Below, piece by piece: positions 20,168-28,998 of a DNA stretch of 64,000 bases. Position numbers and translations under genes: made by a program. The stretch lies in contig JAYWAZ010000165.1 of NCBI GenBank assembly GCA_043781975.1, forward strand, positions 9,144 through 73,143. The letters are read 5' to 3'. The stretch comes from Bacteroidota bacterium. GTDB taxonomy: Bacteria > Bacteroidota > Bacteroidia > Chitinophagales > Chitinophagaceae. Under the pieces are notes generated by a model that saw nothing but the letters and a program-made list of their open reading frames with translations, was not told the origin of the DNA and ran no database searches. Positions within the stretch are counted from its first letter, which is position 1; every line of letters starts with the position of its first letter.

Positions 20168-20932
20168 TTGCGCCTGTCTTTAAAAATCATCTTACTGTCC
20201 CTGTATCTTGTGTTCGCTGCCAGGCCGGGCCGGGCACAACTCACCCTCAGCGGCACCGTGTATGATTCTTCCAAAATAAACCAGGTGGAGGGAGTAAGGG
20301 TGATCAGTACAGGCGGTTTGTTCACCATCACCGATTCGCTGGGCAACTTTCATATACTGGTAAACGAAAAGGATTCCGTTTCCTTTTATTTTCGCAATAA
20401 ACCCACTCAAAAATTTGCAGTAAAAAATATCACCGACCCTGCTCATTTCGATATTTCCTTGCGCATCACCGTAAAGGGAAAATACAGTACGCTGAAGGAA
20501 GTGGTGGTGCATTCCAAATCCTACCGGCAGGATTCGCTGGAGAACCGAAAGACCTATGCGGACGTATTTGAATACCGGAAGCCGGGCGTCCGTACAAATA
20601 TTTCACCCGATGGTATGGTGGGCGCCGACCTGGATGAACTGATCAATATCTTCCGTTTCAAAAGAAACAAGAGGCTGCATGCTTTCCAGACCCGGCTGGA
20701 AGCGCAGGAGAAAGAAAAATATGTGAATTACCGTTTTAATAAAACACTGGTGAAAAGAATTACACAATTACAGGATGAACAGTTAGATCTTTTTATGATT
20801 CGATACCGGCCATCTTATGAATTTGTAAGCAGAACAAATGAACTGTCTTTTTACCAATATGTACTAAACTGCTCTTATCAATTCAAAATGGATCTGCTGA
20901 AAGAGGATGCAAAAAAAATTTCCCCGCGGTAA
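20168..20932 (+). CDS. Carboxypeptidase-regulatory-like domain protein
   Basis: Signal peptide, LSGTVYDS..., TDSLGNF, LKEVVV pattern; TTG start. Confidence 0.7.
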   Translation: MRLSLKIILLSLYLVFAARPGRAQLTLSGTVYDSSKINQVEGVRVISTGGLFTITDSLGNFHILVNEKDSVSFYFRNKPTQKFAVKNITDPAHFDISLRITVKGKYSTLKEVVVHSKSYRQDSLENRKTYADVFEYRKPGVRTNISPDGMVGADLDELINIFRFKRNKRLHAFQTRLEAQEKEKYVNYRFNKTLVKRITQLQDEQLDLFMIRYRPSYEFVSRTNELSFYQYVLNCSYQFKMDLLKEDAKKISPR

Positions 20933-21015
20933 TGCATCCCTGGCACTTACCCCAAAACTGTTTTCTGTTTTTTATTGTGCTCAGCAATGAGTAGCTTGTT
21001 GTTCATATCATTTGA

Positions 21016-21918
21016 ATGAAAGAAAAAAAACAGCCGGAAGATAACAGCCAACAGTCTGAGGCTGGAGCCCAGCAACCGGGTGAATATACATCTGTAGCCT
21101 GCCCCGGCGGGGAAGAAAAAACGAATCCTCAGAACGAAATAAGAACCGAATCGGAACAACTCAAAACTAAAGCTATGGAGACCCATGCCCAACACCTGCA
21201 CCATGCCCCCGGAAAAAAATTCTGGCATTATTTCTATGAATTCCTCATGCTTTTCCTTGCTGTGTTCGCAGGGTTTTTGGCTGAGAACCAACGTGAACAT
21301 TACGTGGAAGGTAAGCGGGAAAAAGAATTCATGGTATCCCTGGTGAAAGACCTTCAGCTTGACACGGCACAGTTTTCTATAATCAGGAATTACCGAACCA
21401 CAAAGATCAGGACAATCGATTCATTGATCATTTTCTTTGCAAACCATGCAAACGGATCCGTTCCGGCCTTTGGATATACTTTGGGTATGAAACTTTTTGG
21501 TCACCTTGGTTTTTACCAGAACAGTGGTACGCTCGATCAACTAAAAAGCTCGGGCGGTTACCGGCTTATCCGTCACAGGAATGTAGTGGATTCCATCGAA
21601 GCCTATGACCAGCAAACCAAACGTGTGGCCTTGCGTGACCTCTACGAAACAAACTTTTCTTTTACCTATACCGATCTCCTTCATAAATTATTTGACGGCA
21701 GAGCGCTTACCAGGATCTTTGCCGATACCAGTTATTTTAAAAAACCTGCCGACCCTAATGCAATGATAAAACTGAATGAACAATTCCTGGGTGAATACCT
21801 GAATAACTTAAGGACCTTTCAATTACTGGTGATAAAGAACATGGACCTGCAAATAATCGTAAAGAAAAAAGGAACGAGCCTGATCAGCCTGATCAAAAAA
21901 GAATATGGCCTGGAATAA
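21016..21918 (+). CDS. Hypothetical single-TM protein, paralog of 43786..44736
   Basis: HHAPGKKFWHYFYEFLMLFLAVFAGFLAENQREH..E..REKEFMVSLVKDL..DT; QLKSSG; KKEYGLE. Confidence 0.75.
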   Translation: MKEKKQPEDNSQQSEAGAQQPGEYTSVACPGGEEKTNPQNEIRTESEQLKTKAMETHAQHLHHAPGKKFWHYFYEFLMLFLAVFAGFLAENQREHYVEGKREKEFMVSLVKDLQLDTAQFSIIRNYRTTKIRTIDSLIIFFANHANGSVPAFGYTLGMKLFGHLGFYQNSGTLDQLKSSGGYRLIRHRNVVDSIEAYDQQTKRVALRDLYETNFSFTYTDLLHKLFDGRALTRIFADTSYFKKPADPNAMIKLNEQFLGEYLNNLRTFQLLVIKNMDLQIIVKKKGTSLISLIKKEYGLE

Positions 21919-22022
21919 ACCAGTAAGGTAATTTGTAATTTACCGCCTTTGAAAAAATATTGTACGTAAGTTCCGGTATTCAAAAATGCTCTTATAAAAT
22001 AGTATCTTTTCAAAAAAATCAT

Positions 22023-23459
22023 ATGAAACCAGGTTCATTCTGCCGTTCCCACATGTTTTTTGTAATCCTGATCCTCATGGGTAAACCATGTACTGCACAG
22101 GAATTCAGCCCCCTGGTGCAGCAGTTCATCAGTACGAAAGGAGATACCCTTGCATTCACGCATGTAAATATCATTGACGGTACCGGGCAGACGCCAAAAA
22201 CGGATCAAACCCTGGTCATCATAAAAGGGCGGATCGCTGTCATTGGCAATTCGTTAAATGTACCAATACCCGCTACCGCCAGGATCTCGGACTGCACCGG
22301 TAAAACCATCATTCCCGGAATGATCATGATGCATGAACATATGTTCTATGGTGAATTCGTACCGCCCATGTACCTCGGCGTGGAAATGCCGGTTTCCTTC
22401 CCCCGCCTTTACCTGGCGGGCGGCGTAACCACCATGCGAACCACCGGAAGCCTGGAACCGCAAACCGATCTGAATATCCGCGACCAGGTGAATGAAGGAA
22501 AAATCCCGGGACCGGATATTGATGTTACCGGACCCTATATCGAAAGGGCCGGTATTCCCATCCCCGAAATATTATTCATAAAAACGCCCGAGGATGCCGC
22601 GAAACAAGTGAGCTATTGGATAAGCAACGGTGTCACTTCTTTTAAAGTGTATACGGATATCACCAGAGCCGACCTGGCTGAAGTGGTAAGGCTGGCTCAT
22701 CAAAAAAACATAAAGGTCACGGGTCATCTGTGTTCCATCACTTACCATGAGGCGGCCGACCTGGGTATTGATAATCTTGAACATGGTTTCTGGGTAAGCA
22801 GCGATTTTGATAAAACTAAAAAGGCAGACGCCTGCAATACCGCTTTACAAACCGCGTCACTCAACAAACTGGATGAAAACAGCCAGGAGATGAAAGACCT
22901 GATGGCATACCTGATCAAAAAGAATGTAACGGTTACGTCTACCCTCCCTGTATTTGAACCTTATACCGGCAGGGAGGTTTTTCCCGGGGCCGGCGGTGAG
23001 GCATTGACAACCGTTATAAAAGAAACCATTGAAAAGAATTATGCCCCCCGTGTAGGAAAGGATTCGGTGGGCAGGGCCATGTTCAAAAAAGAAATGGCCT
23101 GGGAAAAACAATTCGTTGATATGGGCGGAAGGTTGATGGCGGGCATTGATCCCACCGGCGCCGGCCGCGTGATACCGGGTTATGCCGACCGTCATGTACT
23201 CGAATTGTTGGTGGAATCCGGTTTTTCTTTTCCGCAGGCGGTAAAGATCTGCAGCCTTAACGCAGCTCAATATCTTGGACGTGATAAGGATATCGGAACC
23301 ATTGAGGTTGGTAAAAAAGCCGACCTGGTATTGATCAACGGCGATCCGTTGACCGATATCAAAACGGTAAGAAATACCGAGACCGTTTTTAAGAACGGAG
23401 TGGGCTTCGATTCAAAAAAATTATTTGAATCGGTGAAAGGAAAAGTGGGGTTGTATTGA
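22023..23459 (+). CDS. Metal-dependent amidohydrolase family protein
   Basis: IPGMIMMHEH, GGVTTMR, GHL, LEHG, GTIEVGKKADLV; ATG at 22023 preferred to TTG at 21960. Confidence 0.9.
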   Translation: MKPGSFCRSHMFFVILILMGKPCTAQEFSPLVQQFISTKGDTLAFTHVNIIDGTGQTPKTDQTLVIIKGRIAVIGNSLNVPIPATARISDCTGKTIIPGMIMMHEHMFYGEFVPPMYLGVEMPVSFPRLYLAGGVTTMRTTGSLEPQTDLNIRDQVNEGKIPGPDIDVTGPYIERAGIPIPEILFIKTPEDAAKQVSYWISNGVTSFKVYTDITRADLAEVVRLAHQKNIKVTGHLCSITYHEAADLGIDNLEHGFWVSSDFDKTKKADACNTALQTASLNKLDENSQEMKDLMAYLIKKNVTVTSTLPVFEPYTGREVFPGAGGEALTTVIKETIEKNYAPRVGKDSVGRAMFKKEMAWEKQFVDMGGRLMAGIDPTGAGRVIPGYADRHVLELLVESGFSFPQAVKICSLNAAQYLGRDKDIGTIEVGKKADLVLINGDPLTDIKTVRNTETVFKNGVGFDSKKLFESVKGKVGLY

Positions 23460-23544
23460 TAACAAAATAACTTCTTTCTTGTAAGCCAATGACAAGCAGC
23501 GATCAAAAACGCACCCATTAAACCTTGCAGGAGCCTCGCCGTTC

Positions 23545-24999
23545 TTATTTTTTTATAACATATCCGGCTACCAATAACCCATTACTGATCAAAGAAGTTA
23601 ACCACTGAATATTCCCGGATGGATTTTTTTTGATGCTGTCAATAAGGGAGACTGCCAGGTTGCCTGCACGGGCGCCTGTATGCAGCCAATGCCCCGGGCC
23701 TTTTAACAGGGTTTTAGATGCAAGCGATCCTATATGCATGCCCGCCTGCAGCAATGACTTCGAGATAAAATCGGGGGTAAGCGCTTTGTATGAGGGATAA
23801 GTTCCTTCAAAAATACCCGCGATGATATCGGCATATTGCTTATCTGTCTTGGCCCTTTCGATCAGCACTTCCATGATCTCCATCCATAGGGGTGCCAGGG
23901 CCCTGTTTCGGGCAAACTGGATCAGGAGGTTTGATAAGGCAAAATCATATCCCAATTCTTCGTTTATCTTTTTGCGGAAGGCGAATAAAGTATTTGCTGA
24001 GAAATCATTTTTGTGTACACAGTCGATGATGCATTCGCCGGCCCAGCGGGCGCTCAGCAACGCATATTGTATGCCATCGCCGCTCAACGGATTTATTAAC
24101 CCGGCTGCATCGCCTATCAGTAATACCCTGTTACCGGTGATGCTGTTTTGTGGATTATAAAAAGTGAGGGGCCATCCGGATATCTTGCCTTTGATGGTAC
24201 CCTTGCCAATGCGTTCAGCCATGTCCTTATTCTGCTCAATATGCTTTGTCAATAAGGTTTTTACATGCTGTTCATTTTTTGGCATGGTGCTGGCTACCAT
24301 GGCCAACCCGATGTTGGCTTTGTTTTTCCCTACCGGGAACATCCAGTATATTCCGGGAAAATTGTACTTTGTAAAAAAGATGTCTACGCGGTCATTGGGC
24401 CCGTTCACATTTTCATAATAAGCCCGCAACCCCAGGAGTTTAAATTTTTCACCGGCTTTTTCACCATGCAGGATACGGGCCACGGTTGAATTACTGCCAT
24501 CGGCGCCTACGATCATTTTTGACCGGATGTATTGGATGTCATCACCTCGTTTCACCTCGGCGATAGCGGCTGTTTCTGTGATTGTAAAATTGACAAGACG
24601 GGTATCTTCCAGGAAAACGGCACCCTTGTTTTTTGCGGCATCATAGATCCAGTTATCAAGCTGCATCCTTGGAATTATTCTTGCATGAAAAGGCAGGTGG
24701 CCGGTCTCGGGCAGGTCAATAAATACTTTTTCATCTTTGATGAACAAGCCTACTTTGGTGATCTCATTTTCCCGTTTAAATTTTTGTAAACGGGTAATGC
24801 CCAGTTTCTGAAGTTCGGCCAACGCGATCGGGCTTACCCCGTCGCCGCATACTTTGTCTCTTGGAAATGTATGCGCTTCCAGTACCATCGTCTTTATTCC
24901 TTTTTCGGCCAATTGATATGCAAGCGCACTGCCCCCCGGGCCTCCGCCCACGATGAGTACATCACAATCGTATTTTTGTACTACCCGTAAGTTTATCAT
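23545..24999 (-). CDS. Geranylgeranyl reductase family flavoprotein with extended helical C-terminus
   Basis: VGGGPGGS, FPRDKVCGDG, GADG, YWMFP, GDAAGLINPLSGDGI. Confidence 0.9.
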   Translation of the reverse strand: MINLRVVQKYDCDVLIVGGGPGGSALAYQLAEKGIKTMVLEAHTFPRDKVCGDGVSPIALAELQKLGITRLQKFKRENEITKVGLFIKDEKVFIDLPETGHLPFHARIIPRMQLDNWIYDAAKNKGAVFLEDTRLVNFTITETAAIAEVKRGDDIQYIRSKMIVGADGSNSTVARILHGEKAGEKFKLLGLRAYYENVNGPNDRVDIFFTKYNFPGIYWMFPVGKNKANIGLAMVASTMPKNEQHVKTLLTKHIEQNKDMAERIGKGTIKGKISGWPLTFYNPQNSITGNRVLLIGDAAGLINPLSGDGIQYALLSARWAGECIIDCVHKNDFSANTLFAFRKKINEELGYDFALSNLLIQFARNRALAPLWMEIMEVLIERAKTDKQYADIIAGIFEGTYPSYKALTPDFISKSLLQAGMHIGSLASKTLLKGPGHWLHTGARAGNLAVSLIDSIKKNPSGNIQWLTSLISNGLLVAGYVIKK

Positions 25000-25008
25000 T
25001 TGATTCGC

Positions 25009-26037
25009 TTAATAATCCCGGTTGATCATGTAAACAATTATTTCTTCTATGAATTTTTTGTCTTTGGAGGCGGGTAACACAGAAAAGATCGAATAGAATT
25101 CTTTTAAAGCGGCGCCTGCCATATACTTTGAGGTGCTTTTGGCGTATTCAATGCTTCCATAAGTATGCATCCATTTTAAGATCAACGCGGCGACCGCTTC
25201 CCGGTTGCCAGGATCCGTTCCCGCCAGGAATTCTTTTATCACCGCGTGTTCATCTTTGGTACAATGATTCAGCAGGTGAATAAGCATCAGTGTTCTTTTG
25301 CCTTCAATGATATCGCCGCCGATTTCTTTACCATATTTATGCTCTTCGGCCACCAGGTTAAGGACATCATCCTGTATTTGAAAAGCAGTGCCCATAAAAT
25401 AACCGAAGCGATCAAATTGTTCCGGTTTTATTTTATTACCGGTACCGATGATGGCCCCGATCCGTACCGGGTGAATACAGGTATACCAGCATGTTTTTTT
25501 AAGGATCATGCGCAGGTAGTCGGCATCCTGCAGGTCGCATACATTGTCTTTTCGCCAACCCAGCTCCATCGCCTGCCCCTCCACCGTTTCCGTTACCATA
25601 TGTTGTATTTCCTGGAATACGGTCATGGTAAGTTTGGGGCCCAGTATCTCTTTGTTCTGCATCAATGGTTTCAGGCTTAATACATTCATGGCATCACCAA
25701 CGTTTACGGCTATGGCCACATTGTTGTATTGATGCATGGTGGGTTTATTGCGGCGCATATAACTGTTATCTTCCACATCATCATGTATCAAAAAAGCATT
25801 ATGAAACAATTCCAATGCGACGGCGGAATTCATCACCATCTCCAGGCTGCCTCCAAATGCTCGGCAGGCAGCGATACACAGGCCCGGCCGGAACGCCTTG
25901 CCACCGCGACGGGGATAATCTTCAATGAGGCTGTATAGGTATTTCCGGGGCTCTTTATCCGGGATAAAATGTTCGATGCCCCTGAGGGTGAAAGCGGCAT
26001 ATTCCGAGAGCATTGATTTCATTACTGAATCTTCCAT
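25009..26037 (-). CDS. Polyprenyl diphosphate synthase (probably short-chain, GGPP-synthase-like)
   Basis: GGKAFRP, HNAFLIHDDVED..RR (FARM), GQAME, KKT, FQIQDDVLN (SARM), GGDIIEGKRT. Confidence 0.93.
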   Translation of the reverse strand: MEDSVMKSMLSEYAAFTLRGIEHFIPDKEPRKYLYSLIEDYPRRGGKAFRPGLCIAACRAFGGSLEMVMNSAVALELFHNAFLIHDDVEDNSYMRRNKPTMHQYNNVAIAVNVGDAMNVLSLKPLMQNKEILGPKLTMTVFQEIQHMVTETVEGQAMELGWRKDNVCDLQDADYLRMILKKTCWYTCIHPVRIGAIIGTGNKIKPEQFDRFGYFMGTAFQIQDDVLNLVAEEHKYGKEIGGDIIEGKRTLMLIHLLNHCTKDEHAVIKEFLAGTDPGNREAVAALILKWMHTYGSIEYAKSTSKYMAGAALKEFYSIFSVLPASKDKKFIEEIIVYMINRDY

Positions 26038-26047
26038 GAGCCGTTAT

Positions 26048-26755
26048 TTATGCCACATTAATATTTACGACCGTACACAGGTATGCATTTGTAGTGTCGC
26101 ATAACAGCCCTGAATAAGTTCCGGGTTTACAGGTTCTGGGGATTTTTATTTTAAGGATCGTTTCCCTGCTAACACCCGGCTTCAGCGTTAAGGTCGCCGG
26201 GCGTATGCTTATATGACTCGCCAGTATTTTAAGATTTTTCGGGCCTAAAAGTGTTGGATGCTGGATCACGATCTTTATGGGTTCCTTACTGTCGTTACTA
26301 AGGGATAGGGAAAGTTCCACGGTACTGCCCGCTTTTGCAAAGCCGCTATTTTGAATGATCGGTATCGACTCTTTTTTATCAGCCGGCTTCGGATCTGATC
26401 CGGGTGCTTTGGTTTGCTTTTCCTTATTTACCACCCCCGAAAGACTGCTGATATGATTTGTCAGTGTAGTAAGGGCATCCAGAAAAATATCGATGGCTTC
26501 ATGTGTGTCCCTGCGAATGCGGCTCATTAATTCATCCGGGTTGCCGCGTATCTCATCCACGTTTATTACCTTTTTTTCCAGTTTTTTGGCGGCTAAGATA
26601 CCAGCGGCTATTTCTTCTTCAAGCACATCAACGGCCGTACTTAAAATTTGCTGGGCGCTGTTTAGTACTTTACCCGGATTAATGTTCTTTAGCCAGTCCG
26701 CGGCATCCTTCATCCTGTCATTATTCTTTGATGTGTTTTCTTTTTCGTCTTTCAC
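26048..26755 (-). CDS. Hypothetical protein: N-terminal helical region plus C-terminal Ig-like domain
   Basis: 235-aa ORF overlapping the upstream stop; LSLSN...LTLKPG...LKIKIP..PGTYSG motif; no signal peptide. Confidence 0.75.
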   Translation of the reverse strand: MKDEKENTSKNNDRMKDAADWLKNINPGKVLNSAQQILSTAVDVLEEEIAAGILAAKKLEKKVINVDEIRGNPDELMSRIRRDTHEAIDIFLDALTTLTNHISSLSGVVNKEKQTKAPGSDPKPADKKESIPIIQNSGFAKAGSTVELSLSLSNDSKEPIKIVIQHPTLLGPKNLKILASHISIRPATLTLKPGVSRETILKIKIPRTCKPGTYSGLLCDTTNAYLCTVVNINVA

Positions 26756-27408
26756 TTCTTTCTTTTGGTTTTAGTTGCCGCTGTTTTTTTCGGAGTTACG
26801 GTTAAGAATAAGGAAAAATAAGTGTGTTCAAATCCTTGTACCAAAATATTGGTTTTGTACAGGCCCTGCTTTGTTTCAGCGGGAATCTTCACCGTTATTT
26901 CAACTTTTTGTGATTGGCCGGGCAGAATTTCAAATGATTGCGGGGTGAAAATTGTTTCAAAGGCGTATCGCCCGCTGGCATCGTCTTGCATGGTATAATC
27001 AGTTTGCTTGAAATTACAAATGATGTTCTCTTTTTTATCACTATCCAGTAAAAAAACCGTGTTGGCAGTAGCGCCAGGCTGACCAGAAACCTGCAACACG
27101 AATGCCGGTTCATTTGTTACTGGTTCTTCCGGGGTTCCGGTACCGCCGGGGTCATTAAATTTCCTGGATAATGCTATTCCCAGATCAACCAGGTTAGTGG
27201 CGTGCTGTATATTCAGTTTCATAAAGAGATTAAAAGCCTCTTTCATGAGATCCGTTTGTTTGGAAAACATTTCTTCCCCGTCCTTTTTAGAAAAATTCAA
27301 TTCCTTTACGAATTTTGTGCCCTCTGATATGAACACCCGGTTAGCCTCGGTTGTTTTTTTAAACAGGGTTTCCAGTTCTTTTGACAAAGAATTTGATTGA
27401 TCACTCAT
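26752..27408 (-). CDS. Hypothetical protein: phasin-like N-terminal helices plus C-terminal Ig-like domain
   Basis: 218-aa ORF; FEILPGQSQKVEITVKIP..QGLY motif; no signal peptide. Confidence 0.75.
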   Translation of the reverse strand: MSDQSNSLSKELETLFKKTTEANRVFISEGTKFVKELNFSKKDGEEMFSKQTDLMKEAFNLFMKLNIQHATNLVDLGIALSRKFNDPGGTGTPEEPVTNEPAFVLQVSGQPGATANTVFLLDSDKKENIICNFKQTDYTMQDDASGRYAFETIFTPQSFEILPGQSQKVEITVKIPAETKQGLYKTNILVQGFEHTYFSLFLTVTPKKTAATKTKRKK

Positions 27409-27529
27409 TAAGGATAATTTAATTGGGGTTAAATATTAAACCATTGCACGGAATGCTACCGGCTTATTTTTAAATTTTTATACGTATTGAGATGCAACGT
27501 AAAAAACAAAATGACAATGGCTTTAAAAG

Positions 27530-28195
27530 TTATTGTCCGGTTGCTCTTTTGGGTTCGCAGTAAAAATGGCTTTGCCAGCTTTGCCACCGCAGCATGTATT
27601 TTTTTTCATCCTGGGGTTTTGCTACGGGTGCGCCAACAAGACTGTCCACCACCAGGGTAAAACAAATATTCTGATTGATATTTTTTTCGCGGACAACGAT
27701 CTCGGCATTGTACGTACCGGTTTTGTTGAATTTTTCCAGGTCGATGCCCATTAATACCATTTCTTCGGCGCCCGCGTCAAGGGTTACCGTTTTCTTATTC
27801 AGCCCTGGCTGAGAGGGTGCTACCGTTCCGTCTATATGTTTCAGTACACGTATACCAACCCTGTAGTTTCTTTGCGCATTGCAGGTGTTCTTAATGATAA
27901 ACGGCACCAGGATCCTTTCCCCGATCAATGCGTGCCGCCCGATTTGTAAGATACAATGTGGCGGGCACTCTTCCTGCGGGGCGCAACAATCTTTTTTTGC
28001 GCCGCCGCCAAACAAAGCAGGCATTTTAAAAGTCGGCAATCCCATATCGGCGATCACTTTATTAAAATTTTCTGTCGTTTTAGCTGAATTATCCATGGTG
28101 GACTTAAACGTTGCCATCGACATGTCGGCCAGCATTTGCAGGCCTTTAGACAAATTTTGTTGCAACCCAGCGGTATTGATTTCTTTATTTTCCAT
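27530..28195 (-). CDS. Hypothetical protein: helical N-terminus, Cys cluster, Ig-like domain
   Basis: 221-aa ORF; DCCAPQEECPPHC; FIIKN...VTLDAG...GTYNAEI. Confidence 0.75.
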   Translation of the reverse strand: MENKEINTAGLQQNLSKGLQMLADMSMATFKSTMDNSAKTTENFNKVIADMGLPTFKMPALFGGGAKKDCCAPQEECPPHCILQIGRHALIGERILVPFIIKNTCNAQRNYRVGIRVLKHIDGTVAPSQPGLNKKTVTLDAGAEEMVLMGIDLEKFNKTGTYNAEIVVREKNINQNICFTLVVDSLVGAPVAKPQDEKKYMLRWQSWQSHFYCEPKRATGQ

Positions 28196-28224
28196 GTTTT
28201 AACTATTTGCGATGCAGGAGCATC

Positions 28225-28962
28225 TTATGCTTTAATATTAAAGGAAATGGCCTTATTCCAAAACCGGATGTCCCCGAAATAATCTTTTTTTGAATCTGCA
28301 TTATCGGGTAATGTTATTGTAAACTGTAATTCCGTTCTTTCACCCGGAGCCAGTACTTTTCCTTTTTCTTTAATGGATACCTCCGCCCAGCCCGCCATGT
28401 CCCTGTATACGTTTTTTGTGATCTCATCCATCATCGCCATATATCCTTCTTTGCCTTTTTCCCGCATGGCCATTGCGGTAGCCCTGCATAAATAGTCCGG
28501 GTCTAAGGTGGTTACGTGTTTTATATCGGGAACAGTAAAGGGAACATTGCCATTATTGGTCAAAGAAAGTATCGCAGTATATGATTTCCCGGGCGCCACT
28601 TCACTAAAATGCAATTGCCCGGGCGACAAATAAATATCCATGTTCTGCTGTACAATGAATTTTATTTTTCTTTTTTGGCCAGCCACTTCAACCGTATTTT
28701 CATAAATGCCCGGAGCTGTCCTCCTGGGCAGCTGGTACCTGATCAGGTGATTTCTTTCTTCGTCCGGTAAAAGGGATGTAATGAATTGTATAGCCTCCTG
28801 CTTACCGCCGGATAGCGCCAACTCTTTAATGAAAAGCCTTTCGGTATCATTATTCCGCATAAAAATATGCCCGGTCAGTTTATGGGGAGGTCCGTTCAGC
28901 ACGATCTCTTGCTCACCGATATGCAATTTTTCATGCATTTTATTTGCTGTCAGCGTTATCAT
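28225..28962 (-). CDS. Hypothetical protein with two tandem Ig-like domains
   Basis: 245-aa ORF; LLPDE..YQLP..APGIY and LSLTNNGN...LAPGE..FTITLP..Y.GDI. Confidence 0.75.
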   Translation of the reverse strand: MITLTANKMHEKLHIGEQEIVLNGPPHKLTGHIFMRNNDTERLFIKELALSGGKQEAIQFITSLLPDEERNHLIRYQLPRRTAPGIYENTVEVAGQKRKIKFIVQQNMDIYLSPGQLHFSEVAPGKSYTAILSLTNNGNVPFTVPDIKHVTTLDPDYLCRATAMAMREKGKEGYMAMMDEITKNVYRDMAGWAEVSIKEKGKVLAPGERTELQFTITLPDNADSKKDYFGDIRFWNKAISFNIKA

Positions 28963-28998
28963 AAACGATCATTTAATAAGTATAAACAGGATGCCAGT

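Noticed and set aside
23545-26037. Archaeal-type ether lipid or carotenoid pathway
   Set aside because: No GGGP/DGGGP synthase, G1P dehydrogenase, crtB or crtI in the cluster or window; cannot be excluded genome-wide.
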